From the NCBI GenBank assembly GCA_963714015.1, contig OY970223.1, positions 3,424,001-3,488,000 of the forward strand: a stretch of DNA of 64,000 nt, written 5' to 3'. The stretch's first letter is position 1, and every line of letters starts with the position of its first letter. The notes under the pieces were generated by a model. That model saw only the letters and a program-made list of their open reading frames with translations, was not told the DNA's origin and made no database searches. Both the position numbers and the translations under genes were made by a program. Positions 49,768 through 62,774 of this stretch are shown in pieces. Source of the DNA: Vulcanimicrobiota bacterium. GTDB taxonomy: Bacteria; Vulcanimicrobiota; Vulcanimicrobiia; Vulcanimicrobiales; Vulcanimicrobiaceae.

Positions 49768-51657
49768 GCGCCCCTTGGAATACGGGCGGCATCCGCTTCG
49801 TGAATCGCCGCCTGCAAGTCAGTCCCAAGGAACGGATTGGTCAAGCATGCGTTCCACGCCGCTCCGCCGTCCGAGTTGCCGCCGATGGCGATGAGCCCGA
49901 TGGCCGGCGTAGCCGAGGCGGCGCGTTTGACGAGCGGCGAGGCGTCGGCGGTAATAGTGTCGCGGTCGACGATGACGATGTCCGCCTGTTCCACGTCCAA
50001 ACGCTCGAGTGCGGCCGTAAGCGTCTTGTCGCGCCGCGAGGCATACCCGTGCGTGCGAAGTTCGTGGGAGAGATACTGGCCCAACGTGTCGTCCGCGGTT
50101 ATGGCGAGCACCCGCAGAACGCCGCCGCGTCCGTCGCGCATCCGCGGAAGCACGATCGTGAACGTGCTGCCTTCTCCCAGATTGCTTTGCACCTGAATGT
50201 TTCCGCCATGACGCTCGACCAGCGTCTTGGACAAGTAGAGTCCCAGGCCAGTGCCTTTGACGGGAGATCGCTTAGCGTTGGACGCGCGCGAAAAACGTTC
50301 GAACAAGAACTTCATCTCGTCCGGCGGAATTCCCATACCGCGGTCGTGCACCGCTACGCGCACGGTGGAATCGGTCTCCGTCACGCGCACTTCGATGGGC
50401 GCATCTTCAGCGGAATACTTGATTGCGTTGCCGATGACGTTCTCGAACACTTGCCGCAGTCTGGCGGGATCCCCCCGGACGACGGGGTCGGCGGCCTGAA
50501 CCGCCAGCTCGAATCTGGCGTTGGGGCAAGAGTGAGTCGACGGTATCCTTCACGATTTCGGCGACGTTCACCGGATCGGCCGCCAGATTCAGTTCACCTT
50601 GCTCCACGCGCGAGAGCGCAAGGGTGTCGTTCGCCATGTTCGCCAAGCGCATCGCCGACTGCCGTATCGTCCGCAGTGCACCGTCGGCCTCGTTGCCTTC
50701 GAGCGCGTGCTGCTCGAGCAGTTCCGTGAAGCCGATGATCGTCGTGAGCGGTCCCTTGAAATCGTGCGCGAGCACCGCAATCAGATCGTCCTTGAGTTGA
50801 TTCAATTGGATGACGCTGGCGCGCTGAGACTGGAGTTCGCCGAAGAGCGCGACGTTCTGTACGGCGATTCCGACGTACTGACGCAGCAGTTCCAACGCGA
50901 AGACGTCGTTTTCTCCGAACGGTTCTTCGACGTTGCTGATATCGAGAATCCATTCGTTGCGGCCGCTCGTGCCCGGGATCGGCAGCGCGAGCCGGCGCCG
51001 GTCTTTGGCGAGCTTGGGCTTGCGCGATTTGAATGCGTCGAGCAGAAAAGCATCTGCGGCGCTGCGCGAGCCTCCGGAAGATTCCGTGCAAACCAGTTCG
51101 CCCGAGCCGCGAAGCGCGTACAGCGAGACGTTTCCGCCCCACAAGCGGCGCGCTTCCGCCGCCAGCAGACCCACGACCGCGCGCACGTCGAGCGTCGCGA
51201 AGACCCGCCCGGCCGCATCCGCAAGGCGCCGCAGAATCTTGTTCTCTTCCTGCAGACGAGCCTCACCCGCTTCGAGACGATCCAGCAGCTGCTGCCGTTC
51301 GATTGCGTAGCGCAGCGCTCGGCGAAGTCCGGCATCGTCCACGCGGCCCTTGATCAAATAATCTTGAGCGCCCGCCTGCATCGCCGCCAGCGCCGTCTCC
51401 TCGTCGTCACGGCCGCTCAAAACGACGATCGGAACGCGTGGAAGCGCCTCGCGGACGCGTTTGACGCCTTCCGCGCCTTCGGCATCGGGCAGCGTGATGT
51501 CGAGCAGCACCGCGTCGAACGGCGACTCCTGCGCAAGCGAAAGCGCTTCATGGAGCCGCTTCGCAACTACGGTTTGGGGAGCATCGTCTCCGTGACGCAA
51601 ATATTGCGCCACGATGCGTGCGTCGGTCGAGCTGTCCTCAACGATCAGGACGCGCAT
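49764..51657 (-). CDS. Hybrid sensor kinase REC-GAF-HisKA-HATPase-(pseudo)REC (indel near 50500)
   Basis: RVLIVED...LLDITLPD...QDYLIK; LAHDFKGPLT; NVIGNAIKYS, DRGMGI, GTGLGL. Confidence 0.85.
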
Positions 51658-53060
51658 TCGGCTCGCACTTCGGCTGTGCGCAGGATTTCCCATGCCCGGG
51701 CTACGTCGGCACGAGTCGTGCGCAGGTTTCCGATGGCCAAACGCAGCGCGAAGCGTCCGTCAACCTTCGTGTGCGAGAGGAAGATCTCGCCGCTCGCGTT
51801 CGCGCTTTCCATGATTCGCTGGTTCATCGCATCCAGCGCCGCTTGCGCAATCCCCGCCGGCGCATAACGAAAACACACGACGGAGAACGGGTGCGGCGCG
51901 AGGATCTCCCAATCCGGCTCCGACGCAACCCACGACGCAAATTCCTGCGCGAGCCGGATATGGCCGCGAAGATGCTCGCGCAGTCCCTCGGCGCCGAAAT
52001 ACCGCAGCACGAACCACAGTTTCAGCGCGCGAAAGCGCCTGCCGAGCTGCAAGCCGTAATCCATGTAGTTGCGCACGGACTCTTCGGGCGTGCGCAGATA
52101 CTCGGGCACCAGGCTGAAGGTGCGGCGCAGCAGCTCGGGATCCCGCACGTAGAGCGCCGAGCAGTCCATCGGAACGAAAAGCCACTTGTGCGGATTGACC
52201 ACCAGCGAATCCGCAGCCTCGGCGCCCGCCAGCACCCAGCGAAACTCGGGCATGATCGCCGCGACGCCGGCGTATGCGGCGTCGACGTGAAACCAAACTC
52301 CCCGTTCCCGAGCGATCTCGCCGATCGATTCAAGCGGATCGCGCGAAGTCGTGGACGTCGTTCCGGCGGTTGCGACGATGCACATGGGGCGCATCCCCGC
52401 GCCGGCGTCCGCGTCGATCCGCGCGCGCAGGTCGTCCGGACGCATCCGGAACTCTGCATCACATGCGATCGGGACGACGTTTTCCCGTCCGATTCCAAGG
52501 GCGATGCACGCCTTTTCGATATGCGAATGCGTGTGCTCGGTGATATATACGCGGAGCTCGGGAAGATCGCGGCCGGTCATTCCATGCGCGCGAATTCCAA
52601 GGTCCAGCGCTTCTCGCGCGGCTGCCAGCGCGGTGAACCCGCCGATGGACGCCGTGTCGTAAATGATTCCGGTAAACGTTTCGGGCAGTCCCATTAGCCG
52701 CCGCAGCCAAGTCATGACCACTTCTTCCAATTCCGTCGCCGCCGGCGAAGTGCGCCAGAGCATCGCCTTGACGTCCAATGCAGCAGCGAGCGCTTCCGCA
52801 GCCACGCCCACCGGCGCCGCGCTGGTGGCAAAGTAGGCAAAAAAGCGCGGACTGTTCCAATGCGTGATTCCCGGCAGGATAACGCGTTCGAAATCCGCCA
52901 TCAGTCCGTCGAAGGATTCGGCCCCCTCCGGAGCCGTTTGCGGAAGCTGCGCGGCGATTTCGCCGGGCTGCGTCTGCGCAAGCACCGGGTACGCTATCTC
53001 TCCGGAGAGGTAGCGGTCGATCCAGGCGTTGACGGCGGCGAACTCGTCCGTATAAGTCAC
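51645..53060 (-). CDS. PLP-dependent group II (aromatic L-amino acid) decarboxylase
   Basis: PGITHWNSP, SPAATELE, HVDAAYAG, NPHKW, LGRRFRALKLW. Confidence 0.9.
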   Translation of the reverse strand: MTYTDEFAAVNAWIDRYLSGEIAYPVLAQTQPGEIAAQLPQTAPEGAESFDGLMADFERVILPGITHWNSPRFFAYFATSAAPVGVAAEALAAALDVKAMLWRTSPAATELEEVVMTWLRRLMGLPETFTGIIYDTASIGGFTALAAAREALDLGIRAHGMTGRDLPELRVYITEHTHSHIEKACIALGIGRENVVPIACDAEFRMRPDDLRARIDADAGAGMRPMCIVATAGTTSTTSRDPLESIGEIARERGVWFHVDAAYAGVAAIMPEFRWVLAGAEAADSLVVNPHKWLFVPMDCSALYVRDPELLRRTFSLVPEYLRTPEESVRNYMDYGLQLGRRFRALKLWFVLRYFGAEGLREHLRGHIRLAQEFASWVASEPDWEILAPHPFSVVCFRYAPAGIAQAALDAMNQRIMESANASGEIFLSHTKVDGRFALRLAIGNLRTTRADVARAWEILRTAEVRAECAS

Positions 53061-53092
53061 GCCTATCCATACAACGGAGGAGTGCAGAGTTC

Positions 53093-53470
53093 ATGGCGCA
53101 AGCCGTACGTTCGCAGCAGGCGCCCGAGCCAATCGGGCCCTACAGCCAAGCCGTCAAGACGGGCGACGAGCTCTTTTGCAGCGGTCAGGTCGCCCTCGAT
53201 CCGCAGAGCGGCGAACTGGTCGGCAGCGATGCCGCCTCCCAAGCGCGTCAGGCGCTGCGCAACCTTGGCGCGGTTCTGGAAGCGGGCGGTTTCGGCTACG
53301 CCGACGTCGTCAAAACGACGATCTTCTTAGTCGATATGCACGACTTCGCCGCCGTGAACGAGGTCTACGCCGAATGTTTCGACGCCGTTAAACCGGCAAG
53401 GTCGACCGTAGCAGTCGCGGGATTGCCGAAAGGAGCCCGCGTCGAGATCGACGCGATCGCAAAGCGCTAG
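53093..53470 (+). CDS. ridA: RidA family enamine/imine deaminase
   Basis: APEPIGPYSQA, CSGQ, VKTTIFL, PARSTVAV..LP....VEID. Confidence 0.9.
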   Translation: MAQAVRSQQAPEPIGPYSQAVKTGDELFCSGQVALDPQSGELVGSDAASQARQALRNLGAVLEAGGFGYADVVKTTIFLVDMHDFAAVNEVYAECFDAVKPARSTVAVAGLPKGARVEIDAIAKR

Positions 53471-53487
53471 CGTAACGGTACGCGCGA

Positions 53488-54676
53488 TCAGGGTTTCGCG
53501 GGCGGCGACGCAATCCGTCCGAGCGTTGCGAGCGATTCGCGCGCGAGGTCGCGGAACGTCGGCCAAATGTCTTGGGCTTCGGCCTGGCGATACTGGTCCT
53601 GCGCTTGCGCGTTCTGTCCCAGGCGGCGGTACGTTTCACCGAGCACGAAATGGAGTCGCCCGTCTTGCGGTGCGACGGCAAGTCCCTTGACTAGGGCGGC
53701 CTGCGCGAGTTGGTACAACCCGTGGTCGTCGTACGTCGTGCCCAGATCGATGTACGCTTCCGGTTGATACGGGTCGACGGTCATCGCCTGGACGTAATAC
53801 GCAATCGCCTTCTTCCAATCACCGCCGTCGTCTATGACGTTCCCCATGTTCACGAGAGCTTCCGCGCGCTCGGGTTCCAAGTTGCGCGCGACGGACAGCG
53901 CCTTTGCGGCATCCACGTCCTGGTGCATATCCAGGTACGTCGCTCCCATGTTCGTCCAGCAGTCGTAGTTGTAAGAGTCGTACAGCACGCACAGCTTGAA
54001 CTCGGTAATCGCTTCGTCGTCGGCGTGCTTGTCCTCGAGCGACATTCCCAGACCGTTGAGCGCGAAGAGCGAGCGCGGTTCGTAGTCGAGCACGCGCTGG
54101 AAGTACTGCATGGCCAGATCCGGCTGATTGATCGACTCGTACAGCTGCGCCAATTCCAGGATGGCCTCGTCGTCCCCAGGATAGTCGCGCACCATTTGTT
54201 GGCGTTCGCGTTTGTATTCGGGAAAGTCGCCCTTACGCAGATGCAGTTCCACCAGATTAGGAACGGAATCGGTGCCCGGCAGGCTGCGATTGAACTCTTG
54301 AATGGCGAGATCGATTTTGTTCTCGGTTGCGTACACGGATCCGAGGCGGCTGTGCGTCACTTTGTCGTTCGGCGCGTACTGCAGGATGCGTTGATACGAC
54401 GCTTGCGCCTGTTGAAGGTCGCCGTGACGAAAATAGAGATCGCCCAAGAGCCGTTCGGGTTCGGTATCCGTCGGGTGCGCCGCGACGAATGCAGCCGAGC
54501 TGCTTGAGTGCCCCGTCCAAATCGCCCGCGGCCACGCGCTCGCGAGCGGAGTCCATCGCCGACTGATCGGAAACCGTCGTTTGAGCCGGCCCGGCGGCAC
54601 AAATTCCCGGAGCCGCTACGATAACCCACAGAAGTGCGCCGGCCGCAAGGCCCGTCAAACGGCGCATGAAGATCAT
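53488..54676 (-). CDS. Secreted tetratricopeptide-repeat protein (indel near 54495)
   Basis: Signal peptide, then many TPR motifs (LLGDLYF, RLGSVY, ALNGLG, EALVNMG, AYIDLG). Confidence 0.8.
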
Positions 54677-54763
54677 CCTTTCAGGTCCATTCTATCGCGA
54701 AAGCGCTTAGGACGATAGCGTCGTGACCGAATGAGCGCGGCGCAAACTCGCGAAGCCATCCGC

Positions 54764-55066
54764 ATGAACACTGCGGAACTGGCTGCTTTGCTGGCGTCGT
54801 TCGTTTTCGGTGCCATTTTTGCGTTTATTTCGGCATTTCCCAGGAAAGCGCCGTCAGCCCGTCCGCCCCAGGCGAGCGAGCCCGCGATAACGTGGCCTGC
54901 GATGCTGGGGCTGGACGCGCGCTTGCGCATAGCGCTGGAGTTGGCGGCGCGGCAAGACCCGGCCGACATTCCGATGCTGCGGCAAGCCGTTTCCGAGGAG
55001 CAGGATCCCCGCATTCGCAGTCTTCTGGATCGGGCGTTGGCCCCGGTCATGGGTGAGCCCAAATGA
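54764..55066 (+). CDS. Small membrane-anchored protein with HEAT-like helix pair
   Basis: N-terminal TM; IPMLRQAVSEEQDPRIR. Confidence 0.45.
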   Translation: MNTAELAALLASFVFGAIFAFISAFPRKAPSARPPQASEPAITWPAMLGLDARLRIALELAARQDPADIPMLRQAVSEEQDPRIRSLLDRALAPVMGEPK

Positions 55067-55509
55067 GCTCGCAGAGTTGGCTCGTGGTCGCGTTTGCCGG
55101 TACATCCGCCGGCGCCTATGCGGGAAATCTCGCCGCCGTCTTCTTCGGACGCCGCCGCATTACCGGACTGCCGTTCCCGGAGATCGTTACGGGCGGCGTC
55201 TTCTTCGCTGCGCAGCGCGGCTTTCCGAACGTCGAGCCGCTTACGATCCTTGCGGCGCTGTTTCTGACGATGGCCTGCGTGCAAATAGTTCGCGCTCGTG
55301 AAACGGCGGCGGACGCAAGGATACTGGCATTCGTTCCGCTCGCCGCGATGCTGCTGATCTGCATTCAGCAGATCTGTCCGCCGCAAACGGCCCCGCGATT
55401 GGAAGACGCGGTAGCGATTCTATTATGCGCCCCCGCGCCCGCGGCAGCAGTGTTCGGGCTAAGGAACCTTTACCTGGTACGAGAAGTCGCCTTCGATCGC
55501 GTTCGTTGA
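55063..55509 (+). CDS. Hypothetical membrane protein
   Basis: Hydrophobic segments; overlaps the upstream stop codon. Confidence 0.45.
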   Translation: MSSQSWLVVAFAGTSAGAYAGNLAAVFFGRRRITGLPFPEIVTGGVFFAAQRGFPNVEPLTILAALFLTMACVQIVRARETAADARILAFVPLAAMLLICIQQICPPQTAPRLEDAVAILLCAPAPAAAVFGLRNLYLVREVAFDRVR

Positions 55510-57273
55510 ACTCGCGGGAGCGACTGCGTTCTTCAGCGTCCAGTCCAGCAGCGTCCCTTGACCTTGGAGCGAGGAAGCAAAGGCCGCGCTATTTGCCGAC
55601 GTTGGATTGGAGCAGCACGTGAACGCTTGCGTGCCGCTTTGATATATATAGTTCGGCGAAAGGAGATCTTCAAGAGCGGGTCCGCCCGAGCATGTTCCGC
55701 CGCCGCTCGCCGAACCGCACGCGTTTGCGTGCCGGTATTCGAAAAATAGACAGTGTACGTAACCAGATCGCCCGGATCGATGTTGGTCGTGGACGCGGTG
55801 CCGCTCAGGCCGGGCGAGCTTCCCGGATCGGGCGTCGGCGTAATCGTCTGCGGCGTGGAGTTGCCGTAGGAACGGACGATCTGCGTGATGCGTTTCCAAA
55901 TCGACATGAAGGGCGAGGCGGCGCCCACGTCGACGCTGTCGGTCGAACAGTCGGTGTAAGTTGCGCCGGTCGCGCTATACATGTCCGCGGAATAGACGCA
56001 GGCGGTATTGGCAATGACGCCGTTCGAGGTCGGTTTGACGGTCAAGGTGATCGCCGGAAGCGCGGTTCCGCTCGAGACGCCGGCAGGGTACGTGCATTGC
56101 ACCGGTGAGGCGGAATTGCACGTCCAGCCGCTCCCCGAGACGCTTACGAAGGTCTCTTTCGCCGGCAGCGTATCGGTCACGTAGATCGTCTGATCCGCGT
56201 TTCCGCCGCTGTTGTTCACGCCCGCTTGGATCGTGTACGCCTCGTTAGTGTTCCGGGTGAACGGCCCGTCGTGCTGTTTGGTAATCGTGAGATCCGGCGG
56301 GGCGTTATTCGCCACGAAGTTGCGGACTTCGTGAATGTCGTTTGCGCCTCCGGTGGACGCGGCCCAGCCGAATTTGAACGTCGGAGGGAATGCGGGTTGA
56401 CCGGCGATCGCGCTCAAATTCGTCGCGGGAATGACGTTTTGATAAGTCGCCCCCGTGCCGTTGGGATCCATGTCGACGGTAAGCACGTTCGAGGTGGAAA
56501 GAATGATCCGCACGCGAACTGCCGTCGGACGCGAAGTGCTCGAGTTGTTCGTCATGGTGAAGGGGAGCGATGATGCGACTCCGCCGCTCAAATATCCGGT
56601 AACGTAGTCGTACGACGTCGAAGCCGCGCCGCGCAGCGCGACGGTTTCGGAGACTTGCCCGGGGCCGCCAACTCGTCCCTCGGTGGGATTGGAGTAGTTG
56701 CCGTACGAATCGAAGCCGACGCCGACGAACCCGCCGACCAACCCCGGCGCGTCGCAGCAGCCCGTTCCGGATTTTTGCGCGTAGCCCAGCGATCCGCCGT
56801 TTGCGCCGGCGACCGTGGGTGAGTACGATCCGTCGATCAAAAAGAACGAGATGCCGTCGGCGCCCGTCCCGTTGTACATGAACATGTCGAAGATGACTTC
56901 GAGGCCCTGCAATTCGTTGAGCGACGTATTGTAGATCACGAAACCCGACTGATTGCCGCTGTTGTTCGTCAGGCGCAGCGCGCCGCTTCCCGACGTGTCG
57001 ATCGCGGGGCTCTGACATCCCGGAATTATCCCCGGCTGTGGCGACGGAGGCGGCGTGGCCGCAGTCAAACACGGAAACGCGCTGCTTCCGGTCGTACCGT
57101 AAATGAATCCGGGCGCCGCGCCGGTCATGAAAACTCGTTTGAAAGATCTGCGGCGGCGAGGTTGGCGCCGGCGTCGCCGCGATCGCGGGCATGCTGCCGA
57201 ACGGCGAACGTCCGAGCGCACAGGCACAGAAGAGGGCGGCGCCAAAAATCCCGGCCGCCGCGAGGCGGCGCAC
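55459..57273 (-). CDS. Secreted adhesin: legume (L-type) lectin domain plus DUF11 domains (indels near 57130 and 55700)
   Basis: ALRLTNN...GADGISFFL...GGSLGY...GVGFDSYGN...FGWAASTGG..DIHEV; DLTITK...VTDTLP...IANTA. Confidence 0.78.
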
Positions 57274-60200
57274 TATTTATTTCCCCAGCCGAAAATGCGA
57301 TCGACCAGAGTGGTCACGATCACGTAAAAGCCTCGATGCACGGCCTGACCCGTGAGCGTTGGATCGACGCTTCCCCGGAAGGAGTATCCGACCGCGGCGC
57401 GGGTGCCTTGACCGATGGCGTAGCCCGCTTCGGCCGCCAAGTCCGACGATTGAGCTGCCCGCAACGCCGGGAACGGCGAGGGTTCGAAACTCGGCGCCCA
57501 AGTCCGCGCGGCGGGAAACGTTCTTGCGCACGCGCAGTCCGAAAAGCGACGTATGCGCGACGTAGGTTCCATCGCCGTCCAATTTGTATGCGGCGCGTCC
57601 TGCAACCTCGATGCCCCATCCCGGACGCCAGAACTGTTCGAAGGAAAGCACGTCCGTCTGCGTGCCGGCGGAGATCGCGCCGGTTCCGCTCATACGGTCC
57701 CATCCGAAGAGTGAGATGAAACGATCGTTTTCATCGGGGCGAAATGCGAGCGAGAATCGATCGTCGGCGGACGTGACGCCGCCTGCCGTTGCTTGCTGAA
57801 TTGCCGCGACGGCGGAGACGTTGGGCGATACCGATCCTGCTAGGCCGGCGTCGATCGTGCTGCCGCCGCCGAGACCGCCGCGCGTTTGAAATGCCAGTCC
57901 ACCGCGCAGTTTGTCCGAGTTCGAGTAGGCCAGCGAGAATCCGGAAACCGAGAAACCGCCGGCGCCCGGGCCGGTCGCGTTGGCCGACTGCACGAAGAAA
58001 TTTCCCGCCAAGTGCGATGAAAGTTTGATCTTCTGCTGCACTCCGAGTGCGGAATAGATGTTCTCGCCGCTGCCGGTCTGATCGAGCAAATACTCGGAAC
58101 TAACCGTGGTGTCGCTGCCGATGGCGCGTTCGACGCCGATCGCGGTCGATCGCGTCGCCATTGCGCCGACCGTCAGATCGGAGGAAGACTGCGCAAAGCT
58201 CGCCACCGGCGCTCCGCTGATCAATTCCCGGATGAAGAGACGTCCCCGGGCGTCCATGTCGTAGTTCAGTCTGCGCCGTTGTTTCGTCCGGCTGCGTGGT
58301 GTCCTGATCGTTGCCGGTGACGGTCATCGATCGCTGCACCGTCAGTGAAACGCGCGAACCGGCTTTGACGTCGACGCCCGCGACGGCCTGCGTATTCGTT
58401 CCGCTCGCCGTACCAAGTGTGGGCGCCGGGGAGGACTGCCCGGCTTGTGCAAGCGAGACGTTGCTCTGCGTGTGCGAAGCTCAGCCCAAGCAGAACGGTC
58501 GCCGCCGAGCCGATCGCGTGCCGCCAATTGACCGATTCGGAGCGCTGCGCATCGGAGATGCCCAAGCCATGGTTCATCTGTCCGTCGAACTCAACCGCCA
58601 GGTTGTCGTTCTTGGGATCGCTGTGCGCCCACGCGGCACGGTACGAGGTGAAGCCGGGTACCGAGAGGCCGCCGAACGGATTGGCAAAGCCCGCAGAGGT
58701 GTCGGTAAAGTTGAGCGCCGTCTGATCCGAACCGGTCTTTTGGTTGTACTGAAACGCGAGTGCATCACCGCCGTTTCCGGGCGTCAGTTGCGAGGTAACG
58801 ATTCCAGGCGCAACACCGCTGCTCGAAGAGTGCGAGAGCGTCCAGCCGCCGCCGTTCACTTGACCGCTGAGCGTTTGGGAGAAGAGCGCAAAATTGTTCG
58901 ATCCCGTTGCGTCGTTCACGTAGCCGGCTTGGAGCCGCATGCTTTGCTGCGGCCCGAAATCTGCATGCACTACCGCGCCCGTCGTTTGCGAAGCGGTCGA
59001 AGGCCCCTGGTAAGCGTACTGCACGAGCACCGATTGCGGATTGAAATTATCGTCGAACGGCAACGGCACGTTGATGAAGCGCAGTACGCCCGTCGCGTAG
59101 TCGATGGTGTAGTCGACGTTGCGCTCCAGCGGCGTTTGGGAAACGACGCCTCCGGTGCGGCGATCGAGCGCAACCAGCGTCAGATAGTCGGAACCTACGA
59201 CGATGCCGGCGTGCAGCGGCTGCGCGAGCATCGAGAGCCCGCTCGCGGGAAAGACGAGTGAAACATAAGCCGTCGTATTCTTGGCCGTAAAAAGTTCCGC
59301 TTTTGCCGCGCCGCCCGGCATCGTATATCCCGCTTTGGCGCCCCCGAGCAGCTCGTGAAACGATCCCACGCCCGACGCATCCGGTATGTCTTCGTTGAAC
59401 TGTCCCAGCGTCAGATTGCTGCGTCCGGAATCTAGACGCGCAAACAGGCGCGTGTCGGAGTGGAAGTCGCTGGAGAGCGTCGAGGAATCGCCGTAAGTGA
59501 GATAAGGGCGCTCGTTCGGATCGTCGACGAACGGCCCATACGAAGACACGGGCGAGAGACGATTCTGCGACTCGTACGCGAGCGTCAAACTGCTCTGTTT
59601 GCCGACGCGTCCTTGCGCAAATAGCCCGATGCGTCCACGCCGGGCGCCGCCCTCGTCCGCCACGCCGTCGCCGTCCACCGTAATCGGCACGGCGCCCGCA
59701 CCGGCCGCAACGATTCCATTCACGAACGGCTTGCGCAAATACGGCTGCACGAAAAACGTCTGACTCTGCTCGATGTCGCCGCACGTAAGCTGAACCCGGA
59801 CGTCGCCGGCGAGCATGCCGGGAACGATTGGAACGGTTGCGCCTCCGCCAACGTCGAGCGAGATGTCGGAAAGGTGCGAGGGATCCGGCTGAGCCCCCGG
59901 CGTGCCGTCAGGCGGGGGCGATGCGCTGCTGAAAGGTTCGGGCGTCGGAAGCAGCGGCTTTTGAGACGTGGCGACGATAGTCGTCGCGGGATTGGAGAAG
60001 TGCGCTTCTCCCTCGGTGATTGCAATGTGAATGTCGGAACCGGGCTGCGCGGGGTGCCCCCAGCGATCGAGCGCGGTGATCGAGAGCGAGCGCGGCGTGC
60101 GTCCGTCCGCGACGAGCGGGCTATCGAGCTGCGCGCGCAAACTCGCCGGAACGCCTGGGCCGTAGATCGTGGCTCGCACCTGGGGGCCGCGCGCGCCGTT

Positions 60201-60596
60201 CAATCCCACCGGCGTAATCGTCACGTCGTTCGGGCCCGGTTTGAGCACGACGCCGTAATACTCGTACTGCGTCGCTCCCGATTTCACCGCGACGACGCGT
60301 TTGCCGATCTTGCTCGACGGCACGACTTCGCCGTCAATCTTCAGTTCCACGCCCGCGTCTCGCACCGTCGAGAGCACGAAGCGAACGGCGATGGTCGGGC
60401 TTGCGAATCCGTCGCTGGGAAAAACGAACGCTGCGTGCAGCGCCCCGGTTGCAGTGTACGTCAGGTGCGAGAGATCGCCGTAGACCGTCTTGTTGACGCC
60501 TGAATCGGCGCGCGTGAAAAGCACGCCGCAAAGCACAAACGTCGCTCCGACCAACACGAGCCCCGCATGCCGCAGCGCAGAGGCAAGACGCATCAT
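57273..60596 (-). CDS. Large outer-membrane beta-barrel protein of the DUF11 operon (several indels)
   Basis: Signal; Ig-like N-terminus; GRIGLFAQG...YLTYGDSS...LFARLD; LERNVDYTIDYATGVLRF; long amphipathic strand series across ORFs 58266-60596, 57277-58257 and 57273-57605. Confidence 0.7.
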
Positions 60597-62753
60597 GGTC
60601 CGCTCTCCACTGCGAAATTCACGTCCTGCATCAACCCGTCGTCAAAAATGCCATGCACCAACTGCTGGGCTTGGACGGGGTGAACGATTCCCGGCAGCGT
60701 TGTGAGGTCCAGCCGCAGCACGTGTTCGCCGGGGCGCACGCCCGGGAACGAAAAGCGCCCTTGACGATCCGTAGTGACGGACGATCCGTCTTCGAGATAG
60801 ATCCGGACGTTCTCAACGCCGCGGTCGCCGTAAGTGAAATGCCCGGTCTTGCGTTCGTCCAAAAAGACGCGGCCCGTGATGATGGAGCGATCGGTGAAGG
60901 CACCGGAGATCACCTGAACCGTTGCGGTCGCACTTGCCGTGGTCTGCGCCTGCGTGGCAGGCACACCGGCTTCAACCGTCACCGTATTGGCAAGTGACGT
61001 GTTCGCGGAAACGCTGGGATAGACGACGGCGTAATAGGTTATCGTATGACTCTCGCCGGCTGCAAGTCCCGAACGCGTCCATATCAGCGTATTTCCTTGA
61101 ACGCTCGGTTCGAGCGGCGCGCCGTCGAGTTTTGCCGTTCCGGAAGCGTACACCAATCCCGGCGGCATCACGTCGACAATCTTCACGGCCCCCAGCGGCG
61201 CGTGCGATTGATTGGAGAAACCTACCGTGTATCCAACCCGATCGCCCGCTTCCACGACTTGGCGATCGACGGTCTTCTGCACCTGAATCGTGCGCGTCGA
61301 GAAAAGCGGCAGATTGCCGAACAAGCCGAAGACGTTCTGAAGCTGCACGGAGTTGCTGGTAAGCGCATAACCTCCGGCAATCGCGAGCGGTTGGCCGTCC
61401 AGCGCGGTAGCGCGCACGTCGTAAAGCAGGCTCTGTTCGTCGAGCCTGATGTCGAGCTGAATGCGCCGGTTCAGATATCCCGGCGCGTTGATGAGCAGGT
61501 AAAAGCGCGAACCGGCCGATGCGATTTGCGCAGGCTGCAGCGCAAAACCGTACGTGCCGTTCGTCCCCGTGACGACCGGGTTCTGCGTCCCCGGCGTCTG
61601 CGAGCCGCCGGATTGCGTCTTTGAAGATCCCGATTCTCCCGAGTTCAGATTCACGGGACTCCCCGCGGAGTCGAGCAGCGTCACGACCGCTCCGGAGACC
61701 GGCATCCCGGCGCCGCCGTAGCCGTCGAATACCACGTTGGTCGAACCGAGCAGCACGGACGCGGGCGTCGTCGTAATCGGCGTGATGCCGTCCGCGGCGA
61801 TCGTGGCGACGTTCACGAACGTCGCTCCAAGGGACTGTTCATTCTGCACGACGGCGTTGAACGAAAAATCCAACTGCGCGCCGGGGCCGACTGACGGGAC
61901 TTTCAGCGTTGATGGTCTGGCCGGAAAGGGACGCTTCCGATCCGGCAGGCTGGCCGTTGACTTCGGCGCTGGAGAGTACCGGCGCAAGACCTTGCGGCAC
62001 GGCGTCGCTGACGATCACGCCGGTTGCCGCCGATCCGCCCGAGTTTTCGGCCGTCACGTCAAACGTCACGGTCGATCCGCCGCCGGACTGCACGCTGACC
62101 TGGTGGTCGACCGTCTTTGTAACCTTCGTGTCGGCGCCGCCCGGGCCGTTGAGCGATGCGCCTGCGGCGATCGCGATCCACGCCTCTCCCGTGTCGCTCT
62201 GCAGCCCGTTCGACGTACCGCTTGCGGTGGTTTGGGCGCTAAGCGTCACTTCGATAGCGATTGCCCGATCGCCAGTCCGTTTGTGACGACCGTCACCCGA
62301 ACCGCGATCGTTCCGCCGGCCGGCACCATCGGCGAAATGGAGGATCCCACGGCGATCGGGAGCGGTCCGCCGGGGGTGATGAAGACCAGAGATGCGATCT
62401 TTCCCGCCGAGACGTTTGCCGCAGTAATGCGGTACGCATCCGTGATGTTGCTCGTATTGGAAATCGTGAACGTGCGTACGGCGCTCTGTCCCTGCGGCAC
62501 TGCGTCCGCGGGCGCGGCTTTGCTTTCCTTCGGCGAGACGACGATCGAGCCGACTTGTGCGACGGTACTGTCGATATCGGTTCGATTCGGTCACGTACGT
62601 GCGGCCTTCGCGGTCCTGAAACGTGGCCGTGGCAGCGTTAATCAGCACCGTTCCGCCCGGCGTAGAAGACGCTGCGCCGTGTCCGCTCGCTGCAAGCACG
62701 AACAAGAACACGGCGCACGCTGTCGATGGCCCTCTGCGGCGAAGGCGATTCAC
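60593..62753 (-). CDS. Secreted DUF11 plus SdrD-B-like domain protein (several indels)
   Basis: TPGGTVLINAATATF; KTVD...GDRVGYTV..SN...VDVMPPGL; ITGRVFLD...TDRQGRFSF.GVRPGEHVLRLD. Confidence 0.75.
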
Positions 62754-62774
62754 GACTCTCCGTTAGACCGCGAT